From an uncultured Bacteroidia bacterium (GTDB taxonomy: Bacteria > Bacteroidota > Bacteroidia > Bacteroidales > F082): a stretch of DNA of 61,980 bases. The notes under the pieces were generated by a model. That model was given only the letters and a program-made list of their open reading frames with translations, was not told where the DNA came from and did not search any database. The DNA lies in NCBI GenBank assembly GCA_902769815.1, contig CACXQO010000002.1:1-61980 (forward strand), written 5' to 3'. A program made the translations under genes and the position numbers. Shown here one piece after another: positions 33,746-43,460 of the stretch (positions within the stretch are counted from its first letter, which is position 1; each line of letters begins with the position of its first letter).

Positions 33746-35786
33746 TTATTTGGATTGATTTCGTTCCATATGCTGCCATCTCATACATATAGTGTACATT
33801 ATTCGTGTGGTCACCTGACAAAGTTTCATCTCCGTCATACATTATTCTACAAATATTGGCATCATTATCGTAATTACAGTTATTGCCAAAATTTCCCCAA
33901 TTCTTTTCCAATTTTGTGAAAGGAAACTTGCTGTCTTTATCTTCGTGAGATTTGTCTTCGTCAACCTTACTTCTAAAATGAAATATTTCACATGATGAAG
34001 TGAAATGAAGGTATTTCAGACGAAGTTTTCTATAAAAAGCTCCAGAATAACCACCATTGGGCATTAACCACACTCTTTGTCCAGCAGGTTTTTCAATTTT
34101 GCTAATCATGCTCTCTCCAAGTGTCTCTAAATCATCAGGGATACAATAAGGATCTGTTTTTTCTTTGAAAAGCCAATTGATACCGCAAGTCTCAACACTT
34201 TTTTTCATCATATTCAATGGAATATTACCATATCCACCTAAAGCATATCTTTTGAACTTGATTTCGTTTGGCCAATCTGCAACCCTTAAAGTATAAGGCT
34301 TCCCGTCTGGGGCAAGGTCCATAGTGTTATTTGAAGAACCATCAAACCATTCTTTTCCGACCCACCCTAATGTTGCTAAAGTATTAGGAGACAAAATCTC
34401 TTTTTGTCCTGCTTCGTTCATTGGATTATTAAGAAACATTTTTGCACGGTCTTTTGACTTTAAGTAAAAGAATCCCAAAACCTCGAATAATTTATTGCTT
34501 TTTATGAAATGTTCGAGTTTTCTTGGAATGAATTTATATAAAACAATGTCCATGTCTGTCTTGGTAACATAACCACCACCAACATCAGAATGGCAGCCAG
34601 GAATGATGATTTCCATAGCGTTTTCGGGCATTGTTTTTCCCAAATTTACCAAAGCGAAGTTTTCCCTAAACTCATCTGCAGCACATATATGGCAAGTATG
34701 AAGTACTCTTTTGTTGTGTGGGGAATACAATCCATAATCATGAGCATTCATATAATGGAAATTGCCATGATAATTGTTCCACCAAAAGCCTCTGTAAGCC
34801 AAACTTAATGCATTTGTCCATCCATCCTTTTGTTTGAGGAAACCAATAGATGCGACTGTGTCATAAATTCCTAAGAAATCGACCGTTACATTGTCTCTTT
34901 TAATATATACACCCTTCCCGTCTTTCACTAAAAATTCGGTTTCCATAAAAGGTAATCTTCCGCTTTTCTCATCGTATAATGCTTTGGCTTTGGAAGTTTC
35001 TTGTCCAAATTCTTTTTCTCTATCAAGTCTTTTGCCAATATCACGGGTTACCAATTCAGAAAACAAACGGGCGCAAGTAGAACCACGACTAAAACCAAAC
35101 ACATAGAAATGATATTTTGTATCATCTGAGAGAATGGAAGTGTTTGTCTTTAGATAAGAATAGATATGTTTTACGGCTTTACTTACAAGTGCTGTAACTC
35201 CCGTTTTTCCTAAGCCGAAACCTAAACCATTGATATTACCTTCATTATGCGTTTCTCCTTGTGATGTTTGTATATCATTGGCCCCGCTTCCTTCAATAAA
35301 TAAGTTATGGTATAGATTGTCACTGGTATTAAACTGATACTTTAACAGACTATGTAAAATTGCGACATTGGAATAACCATTTTCAGAGTCTGCATGCATA
35401 ACATTCGTGTTGATTTTGGTTTCCGCTTGAAACTTGTCTATTTTTTCATTGACTATTTCCAAGTCTTTCTGCATGGCAAGTATTTGTTCTGTCTGTATTG
35501 AATTAATATTCAAGCCATCAAAGGAACTTGTTGCCAAAGCAATTGCCGTCATTAATTCCTTCTGTCGTTGTAGTAATCCTGAAATATTCTCATAGTTCTT
35601 TTTTAGTGGCAGAGTTTTTTCTGACGATATTTTTTTGCTTTTATAGGTGTGAAAAAGCGCAGTTTGTATCATGTTGTTGTTTGTTCCGTCAAAGAATACA
35701 CCAATATGAACATCTTTTACTTTTTGAGTTTCAGAAGGATTCTGTTTTTCAGGCTCTTCTGCATCTACATAATTACTTGTACCCAT
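33738..35786 (-). CDS. T6SS phospholipase effector, Tle1/DUF2235-like alpha/beta hydrolase
   Basis: N-terminal HIGVFFDGTNNN and nucleophile elbow FGFSRGSTCAR (GxSxG), both DUF2235 hallmarks. 682 aa. Confidence 0.7.
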   Translation of the reverse strand: MGTSNYVDAEEPEKQNPSETQKVKDVHIGVFFDGTNNNMIQTALFHTYKSKKISSEKTLPLKKNYENISGLLQRQKELMTAIALATSSFDGLNINSIQTEQILAMQKDLEIVNEKIDKFQAETKINTNVMHADSENGYSNVAILHSLLKYQFNTSDNLYHNLFIEGSGANDIQTSQGETHNEGNINGLGFGLGKTGVTALVSKAVKHIYSYLKTNTSILSDDTKYHFYVFGFSRGSTCARLFSELVTRDIGKRLDREKEFGQETSKAKALYDEKSGRLPFMETEFLVKDGKGVYIKRDNVTVDFLGIYDTVASIGFLKQKDGWTNALSLAYRGFWWNNYHGNFHYMNAHDYGLYSPHNKRVLHTCHICAADEFRENFALVNLGKTMPENAMEIIIPGCHSDVGGGYVTKTDMDIVLYKFIPRKLEHFIKSNKLFEVLGFFYLKSKDRAKMFLNNPMNEAGQKEILSPNTLATLGWVGKEWFDGSSNNTMDLAPDGKPYTLRVADWPNEIKFKRYALGGYGNIPLNMMKKSVETCGINWLFKEKTDPYCIPDDLETLGESMISKIEKPAGQRVWLMPNGGYSGAFYRKLRLKYLHFTSSCEIFHFRSKVDEDKSHEDKDSKFPFTKLEKNWGNFGNNCNYDNDANICRIMYDGDETLSGDHTNNVHYMYEMAAYGTKSIQING

Positions 35787-35899
35787 ATCAAAACTTTACT
35801 GCCTCCATAAGAAAATTAGATTACTAAATTTGTCATAACTTTACGAAAAGTCCTGCATATTATTTGAGTTTCAGAAATCATGCTTATTTATAAATACCT

Positions 35900-36385
35900 T
35901 CAATTCAATAGTTTAACAAAAGGATTATTATTGTCATCTATCGAAATATCTAATTCACTATCATTTATAAAAGTAATCCTCATAAAACGATTCTCAAGTC
36001 TTACATCGGAGATTATTTCGATAAACATATATTCCTTTTCGATCTTTGAAATATCTAAATTGATTAATAGTATGTTTGTCTCGCAGATTACAATAACATA
36101 TCTTTCATAAACAATCATATACAAAAAAGGAGTATCTAAATCCCAACAATTAAAAACGCCATTATTTGAATTCAGTAAACAAAAATGTTGGTCTATTCCT
36201 ATTCCGTATATATTAGAATCCAATAATTCAATAGTTGGTTCGATTAAATTACTATTCCAAGAGAACTTATAATTATGTTCTCCAATTGTAATAAAACCAA
36301 AACAATTGTTACATCTGTTATCTTTCTCAGAAAACAATGTAGTGGCTTCTAACGAATAATACTCTTTTTCTGTTAGTCTTTGCAT
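35900..36385 (-). CDS. Candidate immunity protein for the PAAR-like toxin
   Basis: 161 aa. Starts 4 nt after the toxin gene stop. Very AT-rich. No recognisable family. Confidence 0.45.
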   Translation of the reverse strand: MQRLTEKEYYSLEATTLFSEKDNRCNNCFGFITIGEHNYKFSWNSNLIEPTIELLDSNIYGIGIDQHFCLLNSNNGVFNCWDLDTPFLYMIVYERYVIVICETNILLINLDISKIEKEYMFIEIISDVRLENRFMRITFINDSELDISIDDNNNPFVKLLN

Positions 36386-36389
36386 AATT

Positions 36390-37316
36390 TTATTTTTTGT
36401 TATATGTTTTAGGAATGACGCTTGTTACTTTAGGTATAGATTTCATATCGCCGTTAATATAAAAGAATCCAACTTCAATCCATCCAGACTCGCCTATTTC
36501 AACCTTTCTTACTTTAGTAATCCCTTCTTTGATTTTTTTCTCTTCAATTTCTTCTGTATTAATCGCTTGGTCAAATATATCCATCAGTTGTTGTTCATTT
36601 GTGATTCCCAATTTACTTAAAACCTCTTTGTTTTGTTTTGATCGAGCAGCATTTTTTTTGGATGAGGTAACTTTTCCAAAAAAGTAATTGAATTTATTTA
36701 TATCAACCGTGTAGTTTCCAGCATCTACAATGACAATGGTTCTCCCATCTTCTTCTATTTCTTTCAACTTATACTTTTTAGTATTTATTATTTGATTAAC
36801 ACTTGCATTATCAGATAACAATGAATCAGTTTGATTAGAATTTTTTGATGGAATCTCATTCGACTTTAATTCCACGAACTTCGTTGGACTGTAACCAAAA
36901 TCGTCCTTTCCTTTCTTATTAACATACCATGTCCCCTCACCCACCTGCCCATCCGTTACCAAGCTAATCGTCCCGCCCCACATACATTGACAAGTGCTTG
37001 ATTTTAACAAGGCGGGTTGCCCTTTGATGAGATAGTCCATCTTGCCACCCATCCATGGCATAGGGGTATTGTGCAAACATGGAGTAGGGGTAAGCGTACC
37101 CAATGCCGCAGCCGTAGCCGCTGCTGTCTGAGGAAAAGCCAAGGAGCGACAAAGACCAAAAGGAGCCAAATTGACCATCGTTTTATGGTCACTGATATTG
37201 GCCTGCGGCTGTCCTGTTAAGTTCATTGTTCTGGTAGGAAGCACGGTTAACTTAGCTGGGCTTGTACCCATCGTGCATTTCATCATCGCACCAGAACAAA
37301 CGTATGAGTCTGACAT
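36390..37316 (-). CDS. DUF4280 (PAAR-like) spike-tip protein with an uncharacterised C-terminal extension of about 180 aa (candidate toxin)
   Basis: MSDSYVCSGAMMKCTMGTSPAKLTVLP...LAPFGLCRS...STCQCMWGGTISLVTDGQ is the DUF4280 pattern. The C-terminal part has no motif I can name. Confidence 0.7.
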   Translation of the reverse strand: MSDSYVCSGAMMKCTMGTSPAKLTVLPTRTMNLTGQPQANISDHKTMVNLAPFGLCRSLAFPQTAAATAAALGTLTPTPCLHNTPMPWMGGKMDYLIKGQPALLKSSTCQCMWGGTISLVTDGQVGEGTWYVNKKGKDDFGYSPTKFVELKSNEIPSKNSNQTDSLLSDNASVNQIINTKKYKLKEIEEDGRTIVIVDAGNYTVDINKFNYFFGKVTSSKKNAARSKQNKEVLSKLGITNEQQLMDIFDQAINTEEIEEKKIKEGITKVRKVEIGESGWIEVGFFYINGDMKSIPKVTSVIPKTYNKK

Positions 37317-37317
37317 A

Positions 37318-38646
37318 TTACTTTAAAGAATAAACCAATCCAATCTCTACACTCGGAATAAACACTCTGCCGCCTGTATTCAACAAACCCGCCTTGCGCA
37401 ATGGCGTTCCTTCGAAGTGCCCGTTGTTCACCGTACCTAATGACAATATGGAATAGTCAAGCTTCAAGCCAGCAGTCAACAGCAAAGGCGTACCCTTAAA
37501 TGGCACATATACGCCAAAGGCAGCATTACCCCAGAGATTGAAACGACTGATGTCAGCAGCAGCGTTTTCATGATAGTCTCCGCCACCAAAACCTAACACG
37601 GGAATGTCTTCCAAGGTCACATCCCATTGAGGATAATATCCTTTTAAAGTATAAATGCCCGAGGAATTGAAGTTAGAAAGCAAATTGATAGAGGGTGTGA
37701 CACCTATCTTGAAATAGGCAGTCATACGGCCTTTGGCAGGTTGTCCAATACAAAGGCGGATTGGAATGTCAAGATAGGTCAACGTAAGTTGTTCTTTGAG
37801 ATCATTTGTAGACAAACTTGCTTGATAGGCATCGCCATCAATGTCGGTGCAGTCTGTTTTTTCAAAAGCCATATCCTGATGTGCCGCCATCGCAAACCTA
37901 CGCATACCCAAACCCGCTTCTATCGAGATTGGGAATAATTCGGCCAGGCGAGGTGTGCCATAATAAACGGCTACACGTCCACCTAATCGAGTGTCTTTTG
38001 CCCAACTATCGTCAACGCTGTTACCCATAAAGGTTGGACCCATTCCCAATTCCAAACCAACGACTGGTGTCTTTTCAGGCTGTTCACCAGCTTGAACTAC
38101 GACAACTTTCCGTTCTGGCTTTGGCTTGGCAAGCAAGGATAGCCGCTCATCTTCCAGAGATTGTTTTTCAGCCAACAATGACTGTTTTTCAGCCAGCAAT
38201 GATTGCTGCGCTGTAAGTAACGAGTCGTAACGAGTCTGCAATTCCAACCGTTGTGCATCAAGTTTGAGCAACTCACCATTGAGGCTGTCTTTCTGTTGGT
38301 TGAGACTGTTGATAGTGGCTGCTTTCTCGGCAATTTCTTGACGCAATTTCTTCACATCTGCATTACCTCCATTCACCTCGCTGCGTAATTGCTTAAGCTC
38401 GGCATTGGCAGCATCGAGACGGTTTTGTAAAGACTTAACATCAGACTGTAGAGAGTTAACTCTTGCTTGCATTTCATCAACAACTTGGTATTTCACCGAT
38501 TCAATCTGGTCGCTAATGGTGCCGTGATAGTATTTCACTTCCACCGTCTTGCCGTCGCGGGTCTTGCCCTTTACAGTTGACAGAGTCTGGGCCTGCACGA
38601 ATAAGGCAGTGCCTATCATAATGAGTGTCAAAAAGATTTTCTTCAT
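37318..38646 (-). CDS. Outer-membrane beta-barrel-like protein with an N-terminal coiled coil
   Basis: Signal peptide MKKIFLTLIMIGTALFVQAQ. Heptad-rich segment including the tandem LLAEKQS LLAEKQS (21-bp repeat at 38161-38202). Gly/aromatic beta-rich C-terminal half. Confidence 0.6.
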   Translation of the reverse strand: MKKIFLTLIMIGTALFVQAQTLSTVKGKTRDGKTVEVKYYHGTISDQIESVKYQVVDEMQARVNSLQSDVKSLQNRLDAANAELKQLRSEVNGGNADVKKLRQEIAEKAATINSLNQQKDSLNGELLKLDAQRLELQTRYDSLLTAQQSLLAEKQSLLAEKQSLEDERLSLLAKPKPERKVVVVQAGEQPEKTPVVGLELGMGPTFMGNSVDDSWAKDTRLGGRVAVYYGTPRLAELFPISIEAGLGMRRFAMAAHQDMAFEKTDCTDIDGDAYQASLSTNDLKEQLTLTYLDIPIRLCIGQPAKGRMTAYFKIGVTPSINLLSNFNSSGIYTLKGYYPQWDVTLEDIPVLGFGGGDYHENAAADISRFNLWGNAAFGVYVPFKGTPLLLTAGLKLDYSILSLGTVNNGHFEGTPLRKAGLLNTGGRVFIPSVEIGLVYSLK

Positions 38647-38658
38647 GTCATTATGGTT

Positions 38659-40896
38659 TTATTGGATGACGATTTTTTCAATTTTGCTGCCCCTGCTGTT
38701 GGTGAGGCGAATCACATAAATACCTTCCGGAAGGTTTAGGCTCAAAGATGCCTGATTGCCCACAATGGTTTGACTTTGAAGAAGCCGTCCGTCAAGGGCA
38801 TAGATGGTCAGCATGGCCTTTTCATTGTCGTTATTGACAACAGAGATGATCTCACCGATATGCGACGGGTTGGGATAGACTGACAAGGAAACAGGACTTT
38901 GACCATTGATAACGATTTCTTTGCTGAATGCTCCACAAAAAAGGTAGCCTTCTGTGTCCTCATTAAAACTAACATACACTTTGTAGCTGCCGTTGTCCAA
39001 ACCTCTAGCTTGATAATAATATTGATAATTGGCTCCTTCAATTCTATTTCCATCCTTGTACCATTGGTACTTATAGCTCTCTACAGGATTGGGATAAATG
39101 AGGATATAGTTGTCTTTCTTGACGATTTCATTGAGGGTGCTGGCATCAATAAAGGTATTAACGGTCACATCCATCTCCAGTTGGGTAAAACATCCTGTCA
39201 GAAAATCTGTCACTGACGCTAATATTTGGTGTTGTCCAGCGGTAGCCCATAACACCTTGATGTGGTCGTCTTCTATGGTCACGATAGCTGTGGAATCGGA
39301 GACTTGCCAAACAATAGAATCGTTTTCAATACCTGAAATAAAATACTCACTTTCTTGGTTTGTGCAGATGTCGTTATCACCTATCAAAGCAAATCCATCC
39401 ATATTATTGACTATTATCTGGACGGAATTACTATAACTGTTTCCCCAGAAATAGGACACCACGAAACGCAACCACCATCCGTTAAAGCTTGCATCCAACG
39501 GTTGGATTTCATATTCAATGAATTCTTCAAAATCGGGTTGTGCTGAGAGTTGCCACCCCTTATGCAATGCAAGCAAATGGTATTCATAATCAGGTTCAGT
39601 CAAATCAAGCACATCACCCGCACAAATTGGATTTGGTGTTTCAATGTCACCAACAGCCCCCTGCTTATGAACAAATATGGCTTTGACCATCACATCATAT
39701 GCAGGCATTTCAAAGGTGTTATTCTCTGAAATAAGAACCCAATCTGTCGAGTCATTTACATTATATGCCGACAGGGATTGTAGTTCGTAATCTTCATCAA
39801 TTTCAATAGTAATGCTGATGATAGTGTTTTCCTGTGCCATACTTGGTTCAACAGCCACACTTCCTCCATCGTTATATACGACTTCGATATTATATATAAT
39901 AGGGTCAGTCGTAAAACTCTTCTCTTCGCCGTATGCAATCCCTATACCGTTTATGGCGTATGCCCTGACATAATAGGTGGTTCCAGGTTGAAGATTTGTC
40001 ATATCTACTGTATAGCTGCCTGTTCCCGAGCCATTGCTCGAATAGGTATCGCCATCAATAGTCGGATTAGGACTCGTGCTCCAACAAATTCCGCGATCGG
40101 TCACATTTGCATTGCCATCGTGAATGACTTCACCCCCTCCTCTGGCACTTGTCATCCCAATATTCGTCACCTCTGATGTTATCACCGAAGGCAAGGTCTG
40201 TTCCTGAATGGTTGTAAATTCCATTACATCACTATATGCAATTCCTTCGCTGTTTCTCGCGTATGCTCTGACGAAATAAGTTGTGTTTGGATTGAGATAG
40301 AGAATGTTTACCTCGAATTCGCCTAAAGTTCCTGAACAACTCTGATGGACATCGTTTGGATATTGAGGTTCTCCTGTAGTATTCCAACAGACACCTCTTT
40401 TATTAATAGGAGTACCACCATCATCAGTCACTTTGCCAATAGCCTTGGCAGAAGTTTCATCGATATTGGTGATGCTGGTAAGAATTACTGTAGGCATGGT
40501 GGCCTCAACAAATCCCGACACCTGCACATCAAGAATTGCTCCGCCACCTTCATGGTGAATGATACCATGATAATCCCCTACGGGCAGTTCGGCCATTAGA
40601 CGAACATAAAGAGTTACGGGCTGATTGACAAGTGTATCTTCCGCAACAGATATCTCTATTGTTTGGGAATAATCGTTTCCGTTGACAGAGATTTCAAAAT
40701 TATTAGGCGCGTTCACAGTTACCTGTTCGCCCTCAAGTTCTTGCCCTGCCAAATTATATGTTTGAGCGATTGAAGGCTCTTGTCCAAAAATAGTGTTTAG
40801 ACCATTAATTTCATTTGGATAGGCCGTAAGTATCTGTGCTTTTGCCCAAACCGTTATCAGCAGTACAACAAAAAGTAATAGTAATTGCTTCTTCAT
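38659..40896 (-). CDS. T9SS-sorted (Por C-terminal domain) multi-domain surface protein
   Basis: Signal peptide. Repeated modules (...DDGGTPINKRGVCWNTTGEP / ...HDGNANVTDRGICWSTSPNP). C-terminal LSVYPNPS...IYALDGRLL...GIYVIRLTNSRGSKIEKIVIQ. Confidence 0.8.
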   Translation of the reverse strand: MKKQLLLLFVVLLITVWAKAQILTAYPNEINGLNTIFGQEPSIAQTYNLAGQELEGEQVTVNAPNNFEISVNGNDYSQTIEISVAEDTLVNQPVTLYVRLMAELPVGDYHGIIHHEGGGAILDVQVSGFVEATMPTVILTSITNIDETSAKAIGKVTDDGGTPINKRGVCWNTTGEPQYPNDVHQSCSGTLGEFEVNILYLNPNTTYFVRAYARNSEGIAYSDVMEFTTIQEQTLPSVITSEVTNIGMTSARGGGEVIHDGNANVTDRGICWSTSPNPTIDGDTYSSNGSGTGSYTVDMTNLQPGTTYYVRAYAINGIGIAYGEEKSFTTDPIIYNIEVVYNDGGSVAVEPSMAQENTIISITIEIDEDYELQSLSAYNVNDSTDWVLISENNTFEMPAYDVMVKAIFVHKQGAVGDIETPNPICAGDVLDLTEPDYEYHLLALHKGWQLSAQPDFEEFIEYEIQPLDASFNGWWLRFVVSYFWGNSYSNSVQIIVNNMDGFALIGDNDICTNQESEYFISGIENDSIVWQVSDSTAIVTIEDDHIKVLWATAGQHQILASVTDFLTGCFTQLEMDVTVNTFIDASTLNEIVKKDNYILIYPNPVESYKYQWYKDGNRIEGANYQYYYQARGLDNGSYKVYVSFNEDTEGYLFCGAFSKEIVINGQSPVSLSVYPNPSHIGEIISVVNNDNEKAMLTIYALDGRLLQSQTIVGNQASLSLNLPEGIYVIRLTNSRGSKIEKIVIQ

Positions 40897-40918
40897 TTGT
40901 TATTATGTTTGTTGATTA

Positions 40919-42976
40919 TTAATTCACTTTTACGATACCAGCCTTGATGTCAATCTTGGTGCTGGCATTAAGCGCCATCTCCTTATCAGCTTTGGCGTGG
41001 TGGGTCTTTGAGTATTCAAGCAGCTGGTCTTTGGCTTCTTCACGGATGTTCTCTGCCGTTATCTGCAACTTGTGGGCAATCTGCTCGTCCTTGTTGTCGT
41101 CTACCTTGATGAACTGGTTTTCACTCACGGTTAACGAATCATTACGATCGATGGTAGTATTGCGGTCGTTACCAGCATGTTCACGGATGTCATTGTCGGC
41201 GGTGCGCTGCATGTCGTGAGAGGCTGCAAGGAACATATCGTTATCGGCGGTTTCTGAAATGTCGTGGTCTGCTGTGGCAGTGATGTCATGACCTGCATGC
41301 ATGATGATGTCGTTTTTGGCATACAACTCAATATTTCCAGTCGATTCCAGTTTGATGAGTTTTTGATCGGTGGAGAAGGTCAGGATATAATTTTCCTTTT
41401 TATTATCGTAAATGCGGATGTAGCCGTTCTCCCCTTCATCATGTATTTCTATAGTATGTCCGTTACGGGTACGGATGGCTTTAATCTGGTTGTTGCTGTT
41501 GTTGTCAGGGAGCCAAGCTGCATCTGGGTTGCCTACTCCATTATATAAGGTGCCTTTAACATAAGGCCGCTCGGCATTACCACCCTCGAAATCTATCATA
41601 ACCTCCTCCCCTATTTCTGGGATGAAACTGAAGCCTTTGCCACCACCAGCGTAAGGTTGGGCGATACGGAGCCAAGGGGTCATCATGTTTTCATCCGACT
41701 GTGCCTGCCAATCGAACTGCACACGAATACGTCCCAAGTCCATCGGATCTTCGTTGTCGGTCACTTTGGCACGGCAAGAGGGGGCTACAGGATAAACATC
41801 ACTGTTGGCGTAAGGCGGATAGTCACATGCCGCTGAGATGCCAACGAAATGGTTGCTGTAGGTCTCGTCAGACGAGAAGGTATGTGTGATTTCCGTGATA
41901 AGGATTTCCTCTTGGTCTACATCGCTTTTGGCATTGGTACTGTCATCTGAGATGAAGTTGTCGACAATGACTAAAGTTGCTCCTATTTTTAACTTTGAGC
42001 AATAGGTATCCCCCGAATAGGTAAGCATTCCCGCTTTTTCACCTTGGGCCTGTGTTTTGGTCGACACGTTGAGTATAGTCTCACGCCCGTCTTGGTCTGC
42101 AAAGCCTCCGGAATGGAGATTTTGGAGCGTGGGCTTAGTAAAACTGTTTTGAGAGGCTTCGAATACGCTGTCACCTAAAGTGTTGAACGGCGTTTGCATC
42201 TGTTCAAGACCTTCTTTGCAAGTGGCATCGTAGGCATTGTAGGATGAGGTAATATGGCTAAAGGCCACATGTTTCATCTTTAATTCGACATTATAGGACG
42301 GAATGTCTTTGCTTGGATAATTGAGTTTCAGGACATCTTGATCTTGATTGACCAAGTTGCCAAACACCATTTGTTCACCATCGTTGTATAGCCATTCTCC
42401 ATATCGGCGGGCGAGCCGTTGCAAGAACTGGTAGTCTGTTTCGTTGTATTGCACGCAATAGGCGATGGTGTCGGTGAACCTTGCATCAACAATGGCTTCG
42501 ATACTGTTGTCATCATCGGTTTCTATAACATTGTTGACAATATCGTTGAGGGTCTTTTCCTCAAACGACTTGCAGTTGGGATTGTCATCGAGCAAGGCTT
42601 CCTTGCTCCTCGCTTCCACGTTGACGATGTATTGGGTTCCTTTCCTACTTCCCGAAGCCGACATGATGATGCCACGAAAACTAATTTCGGATGTCTTCTC
42701 ATTGTTGGTATTGAGCGAAAGGTTCTCAATATTGTCTGTATCTAACGAAAGGGTGATTTCCTTTCCTATGATTTGGCTACACAAGGTGAAACAGGCCTCT
42801 TTATCATCTTCCTTGGGGCCTTTGTGCATATTGAAACACAATGTGTTATAAGACAAAAGGCTTTGATGAAGGGTGAAATGGTCAAGACGCCATGTCTCGC
42901 CGTCAATAGTAAGGTTAAAACCAGACGACTTGGCACCATCAATGGTGACCGTTATGTTTTTTACTGAGATTGACAT
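40919..42976 (-). CDS. vgrG: T6SS spike protein VgrG (TssI)
   Basis: RIRVQFDWQ, PWLRIAQPYAGGGKGFSFIPEIGEEVMIDFEGGNAERPYVKGTLYNG (gp5 OB-fold), and a C-terminal HD/ND-rich beta-helix repeat region. Confidence 0.9.
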   Translation of the reverse strand: MSISVKNITVTIDGAKSSGFNLTIDGETWRLDHFTLHQSLLSYNTLCFNMHKGPKEDDKEACFTLCSQIIGKEITLSLDTDNIENLSLNTNNEKTSEISFRGIIMSASGSRKGTQYIVNVEARSKEALLDDNPNCKSFEEKTLNDIVNNVIETDDDNSIEAIVDARFTDTIAYCVQYNETDYQFLQRLARRYGEWLYNDGEQMVFGNLVNQDQDVLKLNYPSKDIPSYNVELKMKHVAFSHITSSYNAYDATCKEGLEQMQTPFNTLGDSVFEASQNSFTKPTLQNLHSGGFADQDGRETILNVSTKTQAQGEKAGMLTYSGDTYCSKLKIGATLVIVDNFISDDSTNAKSDVDQEEILITEITHTFSSDETYSNHFVGISAACDYPPYANSDVYPVAPSCRAKVTDNEDPMDLGRIRVQFDWQAQSDENMMTPWLRIAQPYAGGGKGFSFIPEIGEEVMIDFEGGNAERPYVKGTLYNGVGNPDAAWLPDNNSNNQIKAIRTRNGHTIEIHDEGENGYIRIYDNKKENYILTFSTDQKLIKLESTGNIELYAKNDIIMHAGHDITATADHDISETADNDMFLAASHDMQRTADNDIREHAGNDRNTTIDRNDSLTVSENQFIKVDDNKDEQIAHKLQITAENIREEAKDQLLEYSKTHHAKADKEMALNASTKIDIKAGIVKVN

Positions 42977-42979
42977 GGG

Positions 42980-43387
42980 TTAGGTCCATTCGTTTGTGAA
43001 TAAGACTCGGTCGCGCTTACCGATACGTATGATTTGAGCACTGATGGTGATGGTTGAATTCATCAATTTGCTGTCAGTGTTGTTGAAATTGTCTTTGAGC
43101 TCAATACAATAAGCATTCTCAAATTCCAGTGTTTTATAATACGGTTTGTTGTCGTTGGAATAGACGGTGAAGATGAAAACCCCAGATTGAACCTGAGTTT
43201 TGTTGAACATCCATTTGTAGAAAAAGAGGTCGTTATCATCAGTGGAAGGAGTCACAAAGGTGATTTTGCCACCTTGTGGACGTGAGACCGGCTTGCCTGT
43301 GTCGTCGATGGCTTGACGAAAATCGTAGGTGCATTCCAAGATGTTATATTCCTTGGAGTTTATGCTTAGTTTCGCTTGAATTGCCAT
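42980..43387 (-). CDS. Hcp/TssD tube protein paralogue 4 (most divergent)
   Basis: 135 aa. ECTYDFRQAIDDTGKPVSRPQGGKITF...FTNEWT parallels the other three TssD copies. Confidence 0.7.
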   Translation of the reverse strand: MAIQAKLSINSKEYNILECTYDFRQAIDDTGKPVSRPQGGKITFVTPSTDDNDLFFYKWMFNKTQVQSGVFIFTVYSNDNKPYYKTLEFENAYCIELKDNFNNTDSKLMNSTITISAQIIRIGKRDRVLFTNEWT

Positions 43388-43460
43388 GATTCAAATATGT
43401 TTATGTTAATAACTATGGTATAGCAGTAGCGTTCAAACCACAGTCATGCTATGATATCTA

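Noticed and set aside
41131-41548. Internal ORFs within the vgrG C-terminal repeat region as separate small genes
   Set aside because: They are embedded in, or antisense to, the VgrG beta-helix repeat coding sequence. The repeats (HD/ND-rich) belong to VgrG itself.
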